Notes: generated by a model from the letters alone, not told the origin. Shown: positions 47,337 through 57,665, numbered from the stretch's first letter. The stretch: DNA of 64,000 nt from an uncultured Acidobacteriota bacterium (GCA_963777605.1 CAVZRV010000031.1:352001-416000); one strand, 5' to 3'. Numbers and translations are program-made.

Positions 47337-47637
47337 CCGCCCCTGCGCTGCGGAGACTATTCGCAGAACTGAAACCGGTGGAGCATCGCCAGACGAGCGC
47401 GCCAACTATAGGCGCAGGGTCATTTTCAGCCCGGCGGCCACGCCCCGGGAATCGGAGCCGAGGCGACAATGCAGCACTGAAAGTGCGATTCAGTCGCGGT
47501 TTCGGACTGTTTCAGGCCAAACCGGAAATCAAGAATCCTGGATTGAGAATGTTCGCTTCCGCCGGGCAAGCTGCCCGGCCGCCATATCAGGCAGGGCTTC
47601 CTGGATTACTCTCCCTCCAGGAACGAGGAACCAGGAA
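47337..47637 (+). repeat. ~300-bp dispersed structured repeat, copy B
   Basis: Inverted relative to 36780-37073; lies between convergent genes. Confidence 0.92.
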
Positions 47638-47718
47638 CTCAACCAAATTGAAGTTTCAAGTCAAACTTGATGACGTTCCCTCTCTCGATCGTCAACGTAC
47701 CGGCGAATTTCGAAAGAC

Positions 47719-49116
47719 TCAATCGGCTTTCTTCTCGAGTTCGATTCGGATTACCGTGTCGAGATCGCTGGGAAGCGGGAAGGTCTGGTACGTCGGGGCC
47801 TTGACGTTGACAAAGAAGTTGCCGGCTCCCTCGTTTCCCCACCAGCGGGTCGAGGTCGGCACTTCCGAACCGTCCATCAGGAGAGTGACCATTCCGGTCC
47901 GACCGGCTGCGCCGGCGACGTTGATCGGTCCGATCCAGGGATACATCCAGTGGGCGTACAGGATCTTTCCGTTCTGGGTGTAACGGCCCCAATCCGGTTT
48001 GGAGAGTTCAGCAGCACCGCAACCTTGGATGCTCTCCCGGTGGGTGTTCATCCACTCGCCCACCCTGGTAAGGATTCGAATCGACGGGTCGGGGATTCTC
48101 CCCCGGGCATCCGGCCCTACGTTGAGAAGCAGGTTTCCGCTTTTGCTGACGCAATTCACCAGGGCCTGGACGACCGTCGCCGGGCTTTTCCAATCGTCGT
48201 CGGCCGCCGCGTATCCCCAGTTGTTGTTCAAGGTCAGACAGGTCTCCCACGGGATTGGGTTGCCGTACTTGTCTTTGAGAGGAGCTTCCGGGATCCCCTG
48301 CTCGGGCGTCTCAAAATCGCCGTAACCGGACAACTCCCGTCCCGCTGTGCTCACCCCCGGATTCACCGAAAGCCGGTTGTCCAGAATGATCTGGGGCTGA
48401 TGACTCTTGACCATTTTCACCAACTCAGTGGCGCCCCATTTCTCTCCTGAATATTCGCCAAAGGAATAGTCGAACCACATGATGTCGAGGCGGCCATAGC
48501 GGGTCACCAGTTCCTCGACCTGATTGTGCATGTACTCCAGGTAATTGTCCCAGTCGTAGGACTTTTGGCTCCACTCCTTGTTGTCCCGCATGGGGTGATT
48601 CCCAACGTTCGGGTAATCGGGATGGTGCCAATCGATCAGCGAGTAATAGAGGCCGACTTTCAGTCCCTCGGCACGAAACGCGTCCAGAAACTCCTGAACC
48701 AGGTCCCGGCCCGGCATGATGGTTCCGATGTCATAGTCGGTATACTTGCTGTCGAACATGCAGAAACCGTCGTGGTGCTTGGCGGTCATCACGGCGTACT
48801 TCATGCCGGCGGCCTTGGCCAGTCGCGCCCAGGCCCGGGGATCGTAGTCCACCGGATTGAAGGCGTCAACGTACTTCTGGTACTCCTCGGTCGTCAGGCG
48901 CTCGTTGGATTTCACCCACTCGCCGCGGGCCGGCACAGCGTAGGCCCCAAAATGAATAAACATGCCGAAGCGCGCTTCGCGCCACCAGGCGGTTCTCTCC
49001 ATCTTGTCGCGATACATGGCCATGTACTCTTCGGAGGGCTGCTCCTGGGCAAGGCCGGTGCTCATGGCGGTCAGAAACAGGGTAAGTCCGAGGGTGGCAA
49101 GAATGAAACGTCTCAT
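47719..49116 (-). CDS. Alpha-L-fucosidase (GH29)
   Basis: WWREARFGMFIHFG, TAKHHDGF, YYSLIDWHHP, IMWFD, TPEQ, WETC, GNLLLNVGP; start ATG 49116. Confidence 0.96.
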   Translation of the reverse strand: MRRFILATLGLTLFLTAMSTGLAQEQPSEEYMAMYRDKMERTAWWREARFGMFIHFGAYAVPARGEWVKSNERLTTEEYQKYVDAFNPVDYDPRAWARLAKAAGMKYAVMTAKHHDGFCMFDSKYTDYDIGTIMPGRDLVQEFLDAFRAEGLKVGLYYSLIDWHHPDYPNVGNHPMRDNKEWSQKSYDWDNYLEYMHNQVEELVTRYGRLDIMWFDYSFGEYSGEKWGATELVKMVKSHQPQIILDNRLSVNPGVSTAGRELSGYGDFETPEQGIPEAPLKDKYGNPIPWETCLTLNNNWGYAAADDDWKSPATVVQALVNCVSKSGNLLLNVGPDARGRIPDPSIRILTRVGEWMNTHRESIQGCGAAELSKPDWGRYTQNGKILYAHWMYPWIGPINVAGAAGRTGMVTLLMDGSEVPTSTRWWGNEGAGNFFVNVKAPTYQTFPLPSDLDTVIRIELEKKAD

Positions 49117-49951
49117 GGTTGCACTTCCTTTTCGCCCACACGCCCGGGGCTGATCGGCTGCCCGGGTCTCCAAACATCCCATACTCGAGAGTACCGGCCC
49201 CATTCGCTGCAGGACAGTCAATTCAGGAATGTCCGGCTCCCCGATCCGGATTCTATTTGCCGCCATATTGAGAATCAACCCGGTTGTGGGCAGCTGGCCT
49301 ACAGTTTGAGGAACTGGGGTGACTTGAACCTTGGATCTGGATGGGCTGGAGAATCTGGAAGAGCCGGATGTCTCTGGATAGAAGTCAGGGTGATCGTGAG
49401 AACTCAGAAGCCTTGGTTCTCGGCAGGATTCCGGACACCCGGATTTCTGAACGCGGGTTACTTCCTGCCAGCGTGCCGGAAGACTCCGACACGCTGGCTC
49501 CCTAAGGGGGCGCCTATGTGATTGTCAGCGAGCGCGGCTGCGGCCGTTCGCACGTCACCAGAAGTAATGCCGGAGGCCGGAGCCTTCGGGATGGAGACAA
49601 GATCCAGGACTGGCAATGGCTGAGCTTCCGCAGTCGCGCCCTTGACTCGGGGGCGCCCAATGGGTCCGTTCGCGTTCTGAATGCCCACCAATCGCGTTTT
49701 TGGTTCGAAGTCGCGGGCAGTTTTCCTCGCTGAATGATCCGCGGCGACCGCGGGGGCGGAGCTGACTTGATTCCGACAGAATGCCGCAATATAGTCAGCG
49801 ATTGCGCCCCGCAATCAAGGAGAATCCGGCTCCCGCGCTCCCGCCGGACTTCGGCGGAGCCGACGGGTGCATTTTCCTACCGGTCAGGTTACCCGGAATA
49901 CAGGATCTGGATCGCGAAATCGAACAGCGTTGGGAGTTCAGGGACAAGTTC

Positions 49952-51064
49952 ATGGAATCTGAAATCGTCAATGTGCCTTCTGGTCGAGTCGTCTCCATCG
50001 ATGCTCTTCGGGGCTTCGACATGTTTTGGATCATTGGTGGGGACGCCTTCTTCCGTGCTCTCTTCAAACTGATCGATACCTCCTGGTCTCGAACCCTTTT
50101 CGATCAACTGGAACACACGAAATGGAACGGTTTCACGTTTTATGACCTGATCTTTCCGCTGTTCCTGTTCATTGTCGGCGCGGCGATGCCGTTCGCCATC
50201 AGCAAGCGCCTCCAGAGAGGGGACAGCAGGCGAGAACTCTACATTCACATCATAAAGAGGGTCCTGACCCTTTTTGCCTTAGGCCTGGTCTACAACCACA
50301 TCCTTGATCTCGACTTTGCCCATTTTCGATGGGCCGGGGTGCTGCAACGCATCGCGCTCTGCTATCTCTTTGCGGCCATGATCTTCATGTGGCTGAAAAT
50401 CCGCGGCCAGGCGATTACCGTCGGGGTCATCCTGGTCTCATACTGGATCATCATGATGGTGGTGCCGGTGCCGGGAGTGGGCGCCGGAGTCTGGACTCCC
50501 GAGGGGAACCTGTCGGCTTACATCGACCGACTGATTCTCCCGGGCCGCTTCTGCTGTTACACCTTCGGCGACAACGAGGGTATCCTGAGCACCCTCCCGG
50601 CGATTGCGACCACCCTCCTTGGAGGCCTCGCCGGACACCTGCTCCGGAGCGCCCTCGAGCAACGAAAAAAAATCCTCGGCCTGGTCGCGGCGGGCGGTTC
50701 AAGCCTGGTTCTCGCCCTGATCTGGGGAACCCTGTTTCCGATCAACAAGCTGCTCTGGACCAGTTCCTACGTCCTCTTCGCGGCGGGTTGGAGCTTCCTG
50801 CTGCTGGCACTCTTCTACTGGCTGGTCGATGTCCGCGGACACCAGAAGTGGGTTTTCCCATTCATCATCATCGGCTTGAACCCGATCACGATCTACGTCT
50901 TGCAGAGTGTCTTTGATTTCGGGACCATCGCCAATATCTTCGTCCACGGGTTCATCGACGACATGGGCGCGTTCAAACCGGTCTTCTGGGTAGCGTGTAT
51001 CCTGGCGGTCAAGTGGCTGTTCCTCTACTTCCTCTACCGCCAGAAGATCTTCCTGAAGGCCTGA
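49952..51064 (+). CDS. DUF5009 / HGSNAT-like (NagX) membrane acyltransferase
   Basis: SIDALRGFDM, YDLIFPLFLFIVG, GVLQRIA, EGILST, PINKLLWTSSY, GLNPI. Confidence 0.92.
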   Translation: MESEIVNVPSGRVVSIDALRGFDMFWIIGGDAFFRALFKLIDTSWSRTLFDQLEHTKWNGFTFYDLIFPLFLFIVGAAMPFAISKRLQRGDSRRELYIHIIKRVLTLFALGLVYNHILDLDFAHFRWAGVLQRIALCYLFAAMIFMWLKIRGQAITVGVILVSYWIIMMVVPVPGVGAGVWTPEGNLSAYIDRLILPGRFCCYTFGDNEGILSTLPAIATTLLGGLAGHLLRSALEQRKKILGLVAAGGSSLVLALIWGTLFPINKLLWTSSYVLFAAGWSFLLLALFYWLVDVRGHQKWVFPFIIIGLNPITIYVLQSVFDFGTIANIFVHGFIDDMGAFKPVFWVACILAVKWLFLYFLYRQKIFLKA

Positions 51065-51979
51065 TCAACGGACCAGTGTCGTGGAGAACTTGACCCGGGT
51101 AAACCGTTCTGGAAGGTGGTTGTCGCGGTCTCCGATGCGTCCCCAGGACCACGCCGGGCTGGCGACTCCGCTCCCGACGGGTAGTTTCTCGAAGCGACCG
51201 AAGAAGATCCTCCACACATCTCCGTTGGAAGGCGGGAGAGAGCGCCCTCCCGCCAGGTGTTTCATGCCCGACCAGGGGAAAGCGATTTCAACGGTCCAGC
51301 CATGGTCGACGTCGGCGTTGATGTTGAGAGTCCCGTTGATCTGAACGGAGGTCTTCAGACCGGGAAAGTCCCAGGCCGGAAACGCCCACCGAACTCCGCG
51401 CGGGTGGGTTCCGCGCCAGAAAGTCTCCACTCCCCGATCGTGGTTCCCCCCAAAAGTGAAAGCGTCTTTTGAATAGACGTCGAATTCGGGGATGTCGAAC
51501 CTCTCCAGATAGGCGTCCTTCCAGATGAAGAACACTTCGTAAAGCGTGTTGAGCGCGTTGATCTCGAACTCGTAGTAGGAGTCAATGCCGTCGATGAAGA
51601 CCTCTACATCGTTCTCGCGGAAGATCGTCGCGTCGCGCTCGGTTACTTTCCCCGATACGAAGGGCTCGTCAACCCAGAAGGCAACGTAAAGGTTTTCGTC
51701 GTCCCAGACGGCGGCTGCCCGGGTGTCAAAGAATCCGGGCAAGCCGTTGATCATATCCACGAACCGGGGAGACTTTCGAACCTGCTGCCAGACCGGCTCA
51801 TCCAACGTGCCATCGACGCTGATCGGCCTGTCGGTCCGGAGACAGGTATAGTGCTCGAGTTCACTCTCTGTCCAGTCGGGAACGGAACCCAAGTCCTGAC
51901 CGTGGAGGGCTGAAGCGGCCCCTACCCCAATAACCACCAGGAGAAACATGCCTGCTGTATGTTTCCAGCCCATGCTCAT
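51065..51979 (-). CDS. CBM9-like (carbohydrate-binding family 9-like) protein
   Basis: VDGTLDEPVW, WDDENLYV, DVEVFID, YYEFEINALNT, WTVEIAFPW, HLPERF. Confidence 0.88.
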   Translation of the reverse strand: MSMGWKHTAGMFLLVVIGVGAASALHGQDLGSVPDWTESELEHYTCLRTDRPISVDGTLDEPVWQQVRKSPRFVDMINGLPGFFDTRAAAVWDDENLYVAFWVDEPFVSGKVTERDATIFRENDVEVFIDGIDSYYEFEINALNTLYEVFFIWKDAYLERFDIPEFDVYSKDAFTFGGNHDRGVETFWRGTHPRGVRWAFPAWDFPGLKTSVQINGTLNINADVDHGWTVEIAFPWSGMKHLAGGRSLPPSNGDVWRIFFGRFEKLPVGSGVASPAWSWGRIGDRDNHLPERFTRVKFSTTLVR

Positions 51980-52332
51980 GACCAACCCCCTCTCATCCGG
52001 TGCCGTGACATCAGAAATCGGAAAGCGTGAACCGCAGCGTGTCCTGCCCAAATTCGGATGGAGAACCGCCTCTCTGGATTGTCTCTGCGTCCTTGCTCCC
52101 ATATCCTCATTTCGCTTCCCCTCCCTCCAAACGGCGCCTTTTCCACTTTCTTCACGCGGTCTCTTCGCACTTTTTTCCGCACGTTCGTTAATGTTAGATG
52201 GGGTTAGGGGTTTGGCCTCCGCCAGAGGCTTTGCCCGGGGGTTTCGTGCGCCCGCCGACAGATTCGGCGCGAAGAGACGAGTCAGATTTGGCTCCGATGG
52301 CGATATCGGCAACACACCCCGCCGGTCGAAAA

Positions 52333-53823
52333 TCATTCTTTGATTTTCCTGAGCACCTCCATCAGTTCCCTGACCCGATCCGGCTCTTTCTGAGCGACGT
52401 TCCGGGTTTCTCCCGGGTCTTCGTCCAGATTGTAGAGTTGCACCTGGGAGTCATTTCCAAGTTCGGTATTGGTATTGCGGTTTATCTTTGGCCCGTTGTT
52501 CGGCTCGATCACCTTCCAGGTTCCGCTGCGGAGGGAGAGCGACCCGGCGTGCTCAACCAGCGTGGAGCGCCCCGTCCGGGATTCACCAAGAAGGGCCGGC
52601 AGGACGTTGAGGCTGTCGGGGGCAGCCCCCTTCGGAACCGACGAATCGACCAGGGCAGCCAGGGAAGCAGGAAAATCAACCTGGCCCACGAGAGCGTCGG
52701 AAACTCCCGGCTTGACCCGTTGCGGCCATCTCACGATCAGGGGGACTCTCGTGCCGCCTTCGAAATTGCTATACTTGCCGCCCCGGAATGGACCTGCCGA
52801 CCGGTGGCCACCCAGCTTCTCGACGGACTCGTCCTTATACCCATCGTCGATCACCGGGCCATTGTCACTGGTGAAAATCACCAGGGTGTTGTCGGACAGG
52901 TCGAGGCGATCGAGCGTCCGAAGAATAACTCCCACGGCGTCGTCCAGCTCGGCTATGGCATCGCCGCGCGGACCCATCTTGCTGGCTCCCACAAAACGAG
53001 CGTTGGGAACCCTGGGGACGTGGATGTCATGCGTGGAGAAATAGAGGAAGAAAGGGTGATCTGCGTTCTCTTCGATGAAAACACGGGCATGTCTCGTGAT
53101 CCGGTCGGCGATATTCTCGTCAACCCAACGCGCCGAGTTCCCGCCGCTCATGTACCCAATCCGGCTGATCCCATTGACAATCGTCATGTCGTGGCCGTGG
53201 CTGGGATGCATCTTGAGCATTTCGGGATGCTCGCGGCCGGTAGGGTCATTTCCGATCGGCCCTTCGAAGCTCACCTGAACCGGATCGCGCCGATCAAGTC
53301 CAACGATTCGGCGGTTCTCGATAAAGACGCAGGGCACCCGGTCACCGGTCGCGGGGATCAGAAAAGCGTAGTCGAACCCCAGCTCGAGGGGCCCGGGGCG
53401 GATATCGCCATTCCAGTCGATCGGCCCATCTCCGAGGCCCAGGTGCCACTTTCCCACGACCCCGGTCCGGTAACCCTGATCGTGAATCAACGATGCCAGG
53501 GTCGGTCGGTTCGGGTCAATGATGAGATTGGCATCGCCACGCGCGACACCGGTTCCTTCCTTCCGCCAAGCGTATCGTCCCGTCAGCATGGCGTAGCGGG
53601 ACGGCGTGCAGGTCGCCGATCCTGAATGGGCATCGGTAAAGCGCAGGCCCTGTTCCGCCAGGCGGTCCAGGTTGGGCGTCTGAACCCGGGTCGCGCCGTA
53701 GCTGCCAAGGTCGCCGTAGCCAATGTCGTCGGCATAAATCAAAACGATGTTGGGTGCGCCTCCGGCCAGCGCCAAAGTCGCGCAACTGATAAAGGCTGCA
53801 ACGAGCACAATCGAACGGATCAT
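52333..53823 (-). CDS. Arylsulfatase (S1, Cys-type)
   Basis: PNIVLIYADDIGYGD, CTPSRYAMLTG, GKWHLG, TSDNG, EGGTRVP, QLYNL..DPGE. Confidence 0.96.
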   Translation of the reverse strand: MIRSIVLVAAFISCATLALAGGAPNIVLIYADDIGYGDLGSYGATRVQTPNLDRLAEQGLRFTDAHSGSATCTPSRYAMLTGRYAWRKEGTGVARGDANLIIDPNRPTLASLIHDQGYRTGVVGKWHLGLGDGPIDWNGDIRPGPLELGFDYAFLIPATGDRVPCVFIENRRIVGLDRRDPVQVSFEGPIGNDPTGREHPEMLKMHPSHGHDMTIVNGISRIGYMSGGNSARWVDENIADRITRHARVFIEENADHPFFLYFSTHDIHVPRVPNARFVGASKMGPRGDAIAELDDAVGVILRTLDRLDLSDNTLVIFTSDNGPVIDDGYKDESVEKLGGHRSAGPFRGGKYSNFEGGTRVPLIVRWPQRVKPGVSDALVGQVDFPASLAALVDSSVPKGAAPDSLNVLPALLGESRTGRSTLVEHAGSLSLRSGTWKVIEPNNGPKINRNTNTELGNDSQVQLYNLDEDPGETRNVAQKEPDRVRELMEVLRKIKE

Positions 53824-53875
53824 CGCCCCATGGTAGGGCAACCGTCCGCGATTGTCTCGTGGATTGGAGAACATT

Positions 53876-54970
53876 TCACGGGACGCTCAGCGTTAGTTGC
53901 TGTTCCTTAATCCGATTCTCCATCTCGCCCCGAGCACAGTAGAGTTGTTCGTAAAGCATGCGGGCGTCGTGTTCAGAGCCGAGCGAGGTGACGATGAAAC
54001 GGGGATTGGAGCCTTTGGCCAGGTGCTCGGCTTTGCCGATCACGCGCCGGGAGCGACTCCAGCTGTTGCGGGTCTGATACTGGAAATCGGCAAAGTATCG
54101 GGCGGGCAGGCCGGAGTGAGTATGATCGTGAGCGGCTTGTTCCAGCAGGGGCGCCAACTCGTCCACCAACCGCTGGTTGCGGGCCAGTCCGAAGATGAAA
54201 TCGACATCGTGCTGTTCCGACCAGGCCATCAACTCCTCGCGGGCAAACCCGCTGTCGGCACGGAGCACGATTCGGACCTCCGGCCAGGCGTGACGCAGTA
54301 AAGCCACGATCGCCTCCACTTCCTCGACGGTTCCCGACGAGGCATCCCGATTGGAAGTTCGCAACCGGGCGCAAAGGGGGAACCCATCGTCGGTGAAGAT
54401 GTACAGCGGAAGATAGCAGTAGTTGTGGTAGTAGCCGTGAAAGAAGGCGCCTTCCTGACGGCCGTGTAGCGGATCGTCGGTCGCATCCAGATCGAGGATC
54501 AACTCCTGCGGCGCTTCGGGGTGAGTCGCCACATAGAGCTCAACCCAGAATCGGCGGACCGCCTCGGGATCCACGGCGATCTTCTTATAGAGGTCCTGCC
54601 CATCGGTGGTCAGTTCGAGCCGGTTCAGCGTGCTCTTGCCGGCCAGGGGGCGCTCGGGCTCACCCAGCAGCGCCGCCAGCAAAGGATCCTGCCGCAGTTC
54701 GTCGTGGTCGTTCAGATCCTCGTAACCCAGCGCCAGCCCAAAGACCCGCTGACGCAACAGACGGAGCAAGGGATGGCGGACATAGCGGGGATCCCGATGA
54801 TCCATAAAACACTGGGCCCAACGCTCCATCAACCGGCTGCGGCGATCCGTCTCGGCCAGCAGGAGAACGCCCCCGTCTGAGACGATGCTTCCACCGTTGA
54901 ACTGGGCAGTGATCTGGCGTCGATTCGGACCTTGTAAATGGACTCGGTTGGGATTACACTCTGAACTCAT
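53876..54970 (-). pseudogene. IS1380-family DDE transposase, C-terminally truncated
   Basis: SDGGVLLL, GYEDLNDH, LDLDATDD..HG.QEG, YCYLPLY, RADSGF, NPRFIVT, YCARGEMENRIKEQQL, then abrupt end. Confidence 0.9.
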
Positions 54971-55065
54971 AAGGGCGGCTTCCTCTTCTGATCTAAATCC
55001 TTGTAGCAAAAAGACTTATATCAGAGAGGGCTGCCCTTTTTTGCGTCATTCTTGAGAAATGCGGG
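53876..55065 (-). mobile_element. IS1380-family element, 3'-truncated
   Basis: Left end CCCGCATTTCTCAAG at 55065; no matching right end; transposase truncated. Confidence 0.9.
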
Positions 55066-55147
55066 TTAGACGGGACGTTTCAGCAACTTGGGAGGGTTTG
55101 CGTCACGCCCTGCATGCGAGGCTGCCTCATGCGGCAAGCGAGGACCC

Positions 55148-56491
55148 CTACTCTTCCGGGGGCGTGGGGAACGAACTGGCAGCCTGCATCCCCTGGGCGA
55201 CTTCCCGAATGATGCCCAGTTCAACGTAGATCGGGCGAACCAGGGTGCGCAGATGCGACAGTTGAGAGGCAAACCAGGCGGCTCCCGCCAGGCAGAAGAC
55301 ACCCGAAATGAGCAGGGTTTCGGGCGCGCCGATCTTGTCTGCAAGCATCCCCGAGATCAGGCTGCCGAAGGGGGCCATCCCGAGGAAGGCCACCGCGTAA
55401 TAGCTCATGACCCGCCCACGCCGCTCATCCGGAATGATGGTCTGGAGGATGGTATTGCTGGAGGCCATCTGCATCATCATCCCAAAACCGGTTCCAAGCA
55501 TCAGGATCAAGGACAGCCAGAGCATCCGGGACAACGCAAACCCGAGCAGCGCGAATCCGAAAACCGCTGCCGCAATCGGGATCATCTTCCCAAGGCCTCG
55601 CACCGACCTGCGCGCGGCCAGAGTAGCGGCCCCCACCAGGGCACCGACGCCGGAGCCCGCCATCAGAAAACCGAGAGTATGCGGCCCCCCGTGGAGCACT
55701 TCCACGGCAAATATCGGCATCAAAACGCTGTAGGGCATCCCGAACAGGCTCATCAGCGCCAACAGCAGGAGGATCGACCTGACCGGGGGAAAGCTGGAAA
55801 CATACTGCCATCCTTCCTTCAATTCGGTGAACATCCTGGTCCGCTTGGGGACGGCCTGGGCCGGCAACCCGCTCATCGCAAGCAATGACCCGATCACGGC
55901 AACATAGCTCAAGCCATCCGCGAGGAAGCAGTACCCTTCCCCCACGGCGGCGATCAGAAATCCGGCGATCGAGGGTCCGATCAACCGGGCCAGGTTGACG
56001 ATCGAAGAGTTGAGAGCAATGGCGTTTCCCAAGTCCTGCCTGTCTTTCACCATCTGGACGACAAACGCCTGCCGGGTCGGCATGTCGAACGAATTGATCA
56101 GCCCCTGGAAAACACTCAGGGCGATGATCTGAGGCACCGATATCACGTCGCTCAGGGCCAGTGCCGCGAGCGTCAGCGATTGCACCATGGCCAGGACCTG
56201 GGTGATGACCAGGAGCTTGTGCCGGTTCAGGCGATCGATCCAGACGCCGGCGAAGGGAGAGATCAGGAACGTGGGCACCTGACCGGCAAAACCGACCACC
56301 CCGAGGAGGAAGGCGGATCCGCTGAGACGATACACCAGCCATCCGGTGGCAACTCGGGTCATCCAGGTTCCGATCAGAGAGATGCTCTGCCCGCCGAAGA
56401 AGAGACGGTAGTTCCGATTCCTCAGCGCCCTGAGGGCAAAAATCAGCCCCCGCTGTCCATCACCGCTCCTCTGTTCAGCCTGCTGATCCAT
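55148..56491 (-). CDS. MFS transporter (MFS_3 / DHA3-like)
   Basis: RNYRLFFGGQSISLIGTWM, FDMPTRQAF, NAIALNS..ARLIGP, RGRVMS. Confidence 0.95.
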   Translation of the reverse strand: MDQQAEQRSGDGQRGLIFALRALRNRNYRLFFGGQSISLIGTWMTRVATGWLVYRLSGSAFLLGVVGFAGQVPTFLISPFAGVWIDRLNRHKLLVITQVLAMVQSLTLAALALSDVISVPQIIALSVFQGLINSFDMPTRQAFVVQMVKDRQDLGNAIALNSSIVNLARLIGPSIAGFLIAAVGEGYCFLADGLSYVAVIGSLLAMSGLPAQAVPKRTRMFTELKEGWQYVSSFPPVRSILLLLALMSLFGMPYSVLMPIFAVEVLHGGPHTLGFLMAGSGVGALVGAATLAARRSVRGLGKMIPIAAAVFGFALLGFALSRMLWLSLILMLGTGFGMMMQMASSNTILQTIIPDERRGRVMSYYAVAFLGMAPFGSLISGMLADKIGAPETLLISGVFCLAGAAWFASQLSHLRTLVRPIYVELGIIREVAQGMQAASSFPTPPEE

Positions 56492-56635
56492 CGTTCATAC
56501 AGGAGTTTATCGAAAGTGGCACGGATGGAGCGTCTGGCTACGTTGGGGAAGCTCTTTCAGGCTGTCTCCAGCCGGCCGACTCCCTGGACGCGGCGATCTT
56601 GCTACTGGCATTGGTGGAGGGACAGATTCCCCAAT

Positions 56636-56803
56636 GCAAGCGAGGACGCTTGCCCTACCGTGGTGACCGTAGGACAATCCTTCCAGGTTGTCTCTTGAAC
56701 CCGGCTCCGACTTCGATTGGCTGCCTGCCCGGGCGCGGGAAGGTTGCCACAGGGCCAGGTCGGTCAACTGGGGCACAAGGCAAGCGGGGACGCTGGTCCT
56801 GCG
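56636..56803. repeat. Cluster of GTAG/CGTC-type REP palindromes
   Basis: GCAAGCGAGGACGCTTGCCCTACC (56637), GTAGGACAATCCTTCCAGGTTGTC (56669), GCAAGCGGGGACGCTGGTCCTGC (56780); relatives near 52068, 53833 and 55133. Confidence 0.65.
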
Positions 56804-56819
56804 GCGGGAGGCTGCAATC

Positions 56820-57665
56820 ATGGAAATCGGGTTTCATACCGACGCTTTCAACTCGAGCTACTGGAACTTCGAACAGTGCCTCCAGTGGGCCCAGAAAAAC
56901 GACGTTCACTTCATCGAATGCGGAACGATCGACGGGGTCAGCTGGATTCACGGACTCGGATATCAACCCCATGTTGCACTGTGGGAGGACCCCCTGCTGC
57001 TACGCCGCAAGATGGACGGCTACGGCGTCGCGTTTTCCCAGCTGGATGCCGCTTTCCCCCTTTCCCTGCCCGAGGGGGCCACGATTGGAGTCGAATACAT
57101 TCTGAACTCAATCCGTTGGTCCAGTCTCGTCGGCTGCCCCTGCATCGACACGACCGATGACCGAAATCGCCCCGCTGGGATGACCGATCGGGAGGCTCTC
57201 GACCACTTGCGGCGCTGCTACGGTCCGGTGATTCGTGCAGCCGAACGGTATGGACTCACCATCAACGTGGAGCCGCACGGGTTCTACACGACGAAGCCCG
57301 AGTTCATGGAAGAGATCCTGTCTTTCTACGATTCCCCCAATTTCAGGATGAACATGGACACGGGGAACACGTTCATCGCCGGACAGGACCCGGTTGCTTT
57401 TCTCGAGCGATTCAAGGATCGCCTCGGGCACGTGCACATGAAAGACGTCAGTGAAAGCCTGGCCGCATCAGCCCGGGGTGATCTGACCGGGATCGCGGTC
57501 AGTCACTGTGCCATTGGTGAAGGGGTCAACGCCGGGAACATCCGTCAATGCGTCTCGATTCTGAAACGAATCGACTACCCGGGAGTCATCAGCCTGGAGT
57601 GTGAGGGCCAGGGAGGCCCGATGCTGGAGAGGAGCCTGAACTGGGCTCGGGAGGTGCTGTCATGA
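56820..57665 (+). CDS. Sugar-phosphate isomerase/epimerase (AP endonuclease 2 TIM barrel)
   Basis: NVEPHG, NMDTGN, HVHMKD, SLECE metal ligands. Confidence 0.92.
   Translation: MEIGFHTDAFNSSYWNFEQCLQWAQKNDVHFIECGTIDGVSWIHGLGYQPHVALWEDPLLLRRKMDGYGVAFSQLDAAFPLSLPEGATIGVEYILNSIRWSSLVGCPCIDTTDDRNRPAGMTDREALDHLRRCYGPVIRAAERYGLTINVEPHGFYTTKPEFMEEILSFYDSPNFRMNMDTGNTFIAGQDPVAFLERFKDRLGHVHMKDVSESLAASARGDLTGIAVSHCAIGEGVNAGNIRQCVSILKRIDYPGVISLECEGQGGPMLERSLNWAREVLS

Noticed and set aside
49140-49950. ~800-bp gap with several short ORFs between the fucosidase and DUF5009 genes
   Set aside because: No recognisable motif, repeat or RNA structure. It may be a decayed gene, but I cannot support that.
52198-53625. 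Long antisense ORFs (also 2074-3240, 9118-10275, 10642-11859, 38387-39652)
   Set aside because: Shadow frames of well-supported GC-rich genes, with no motifs of their own.
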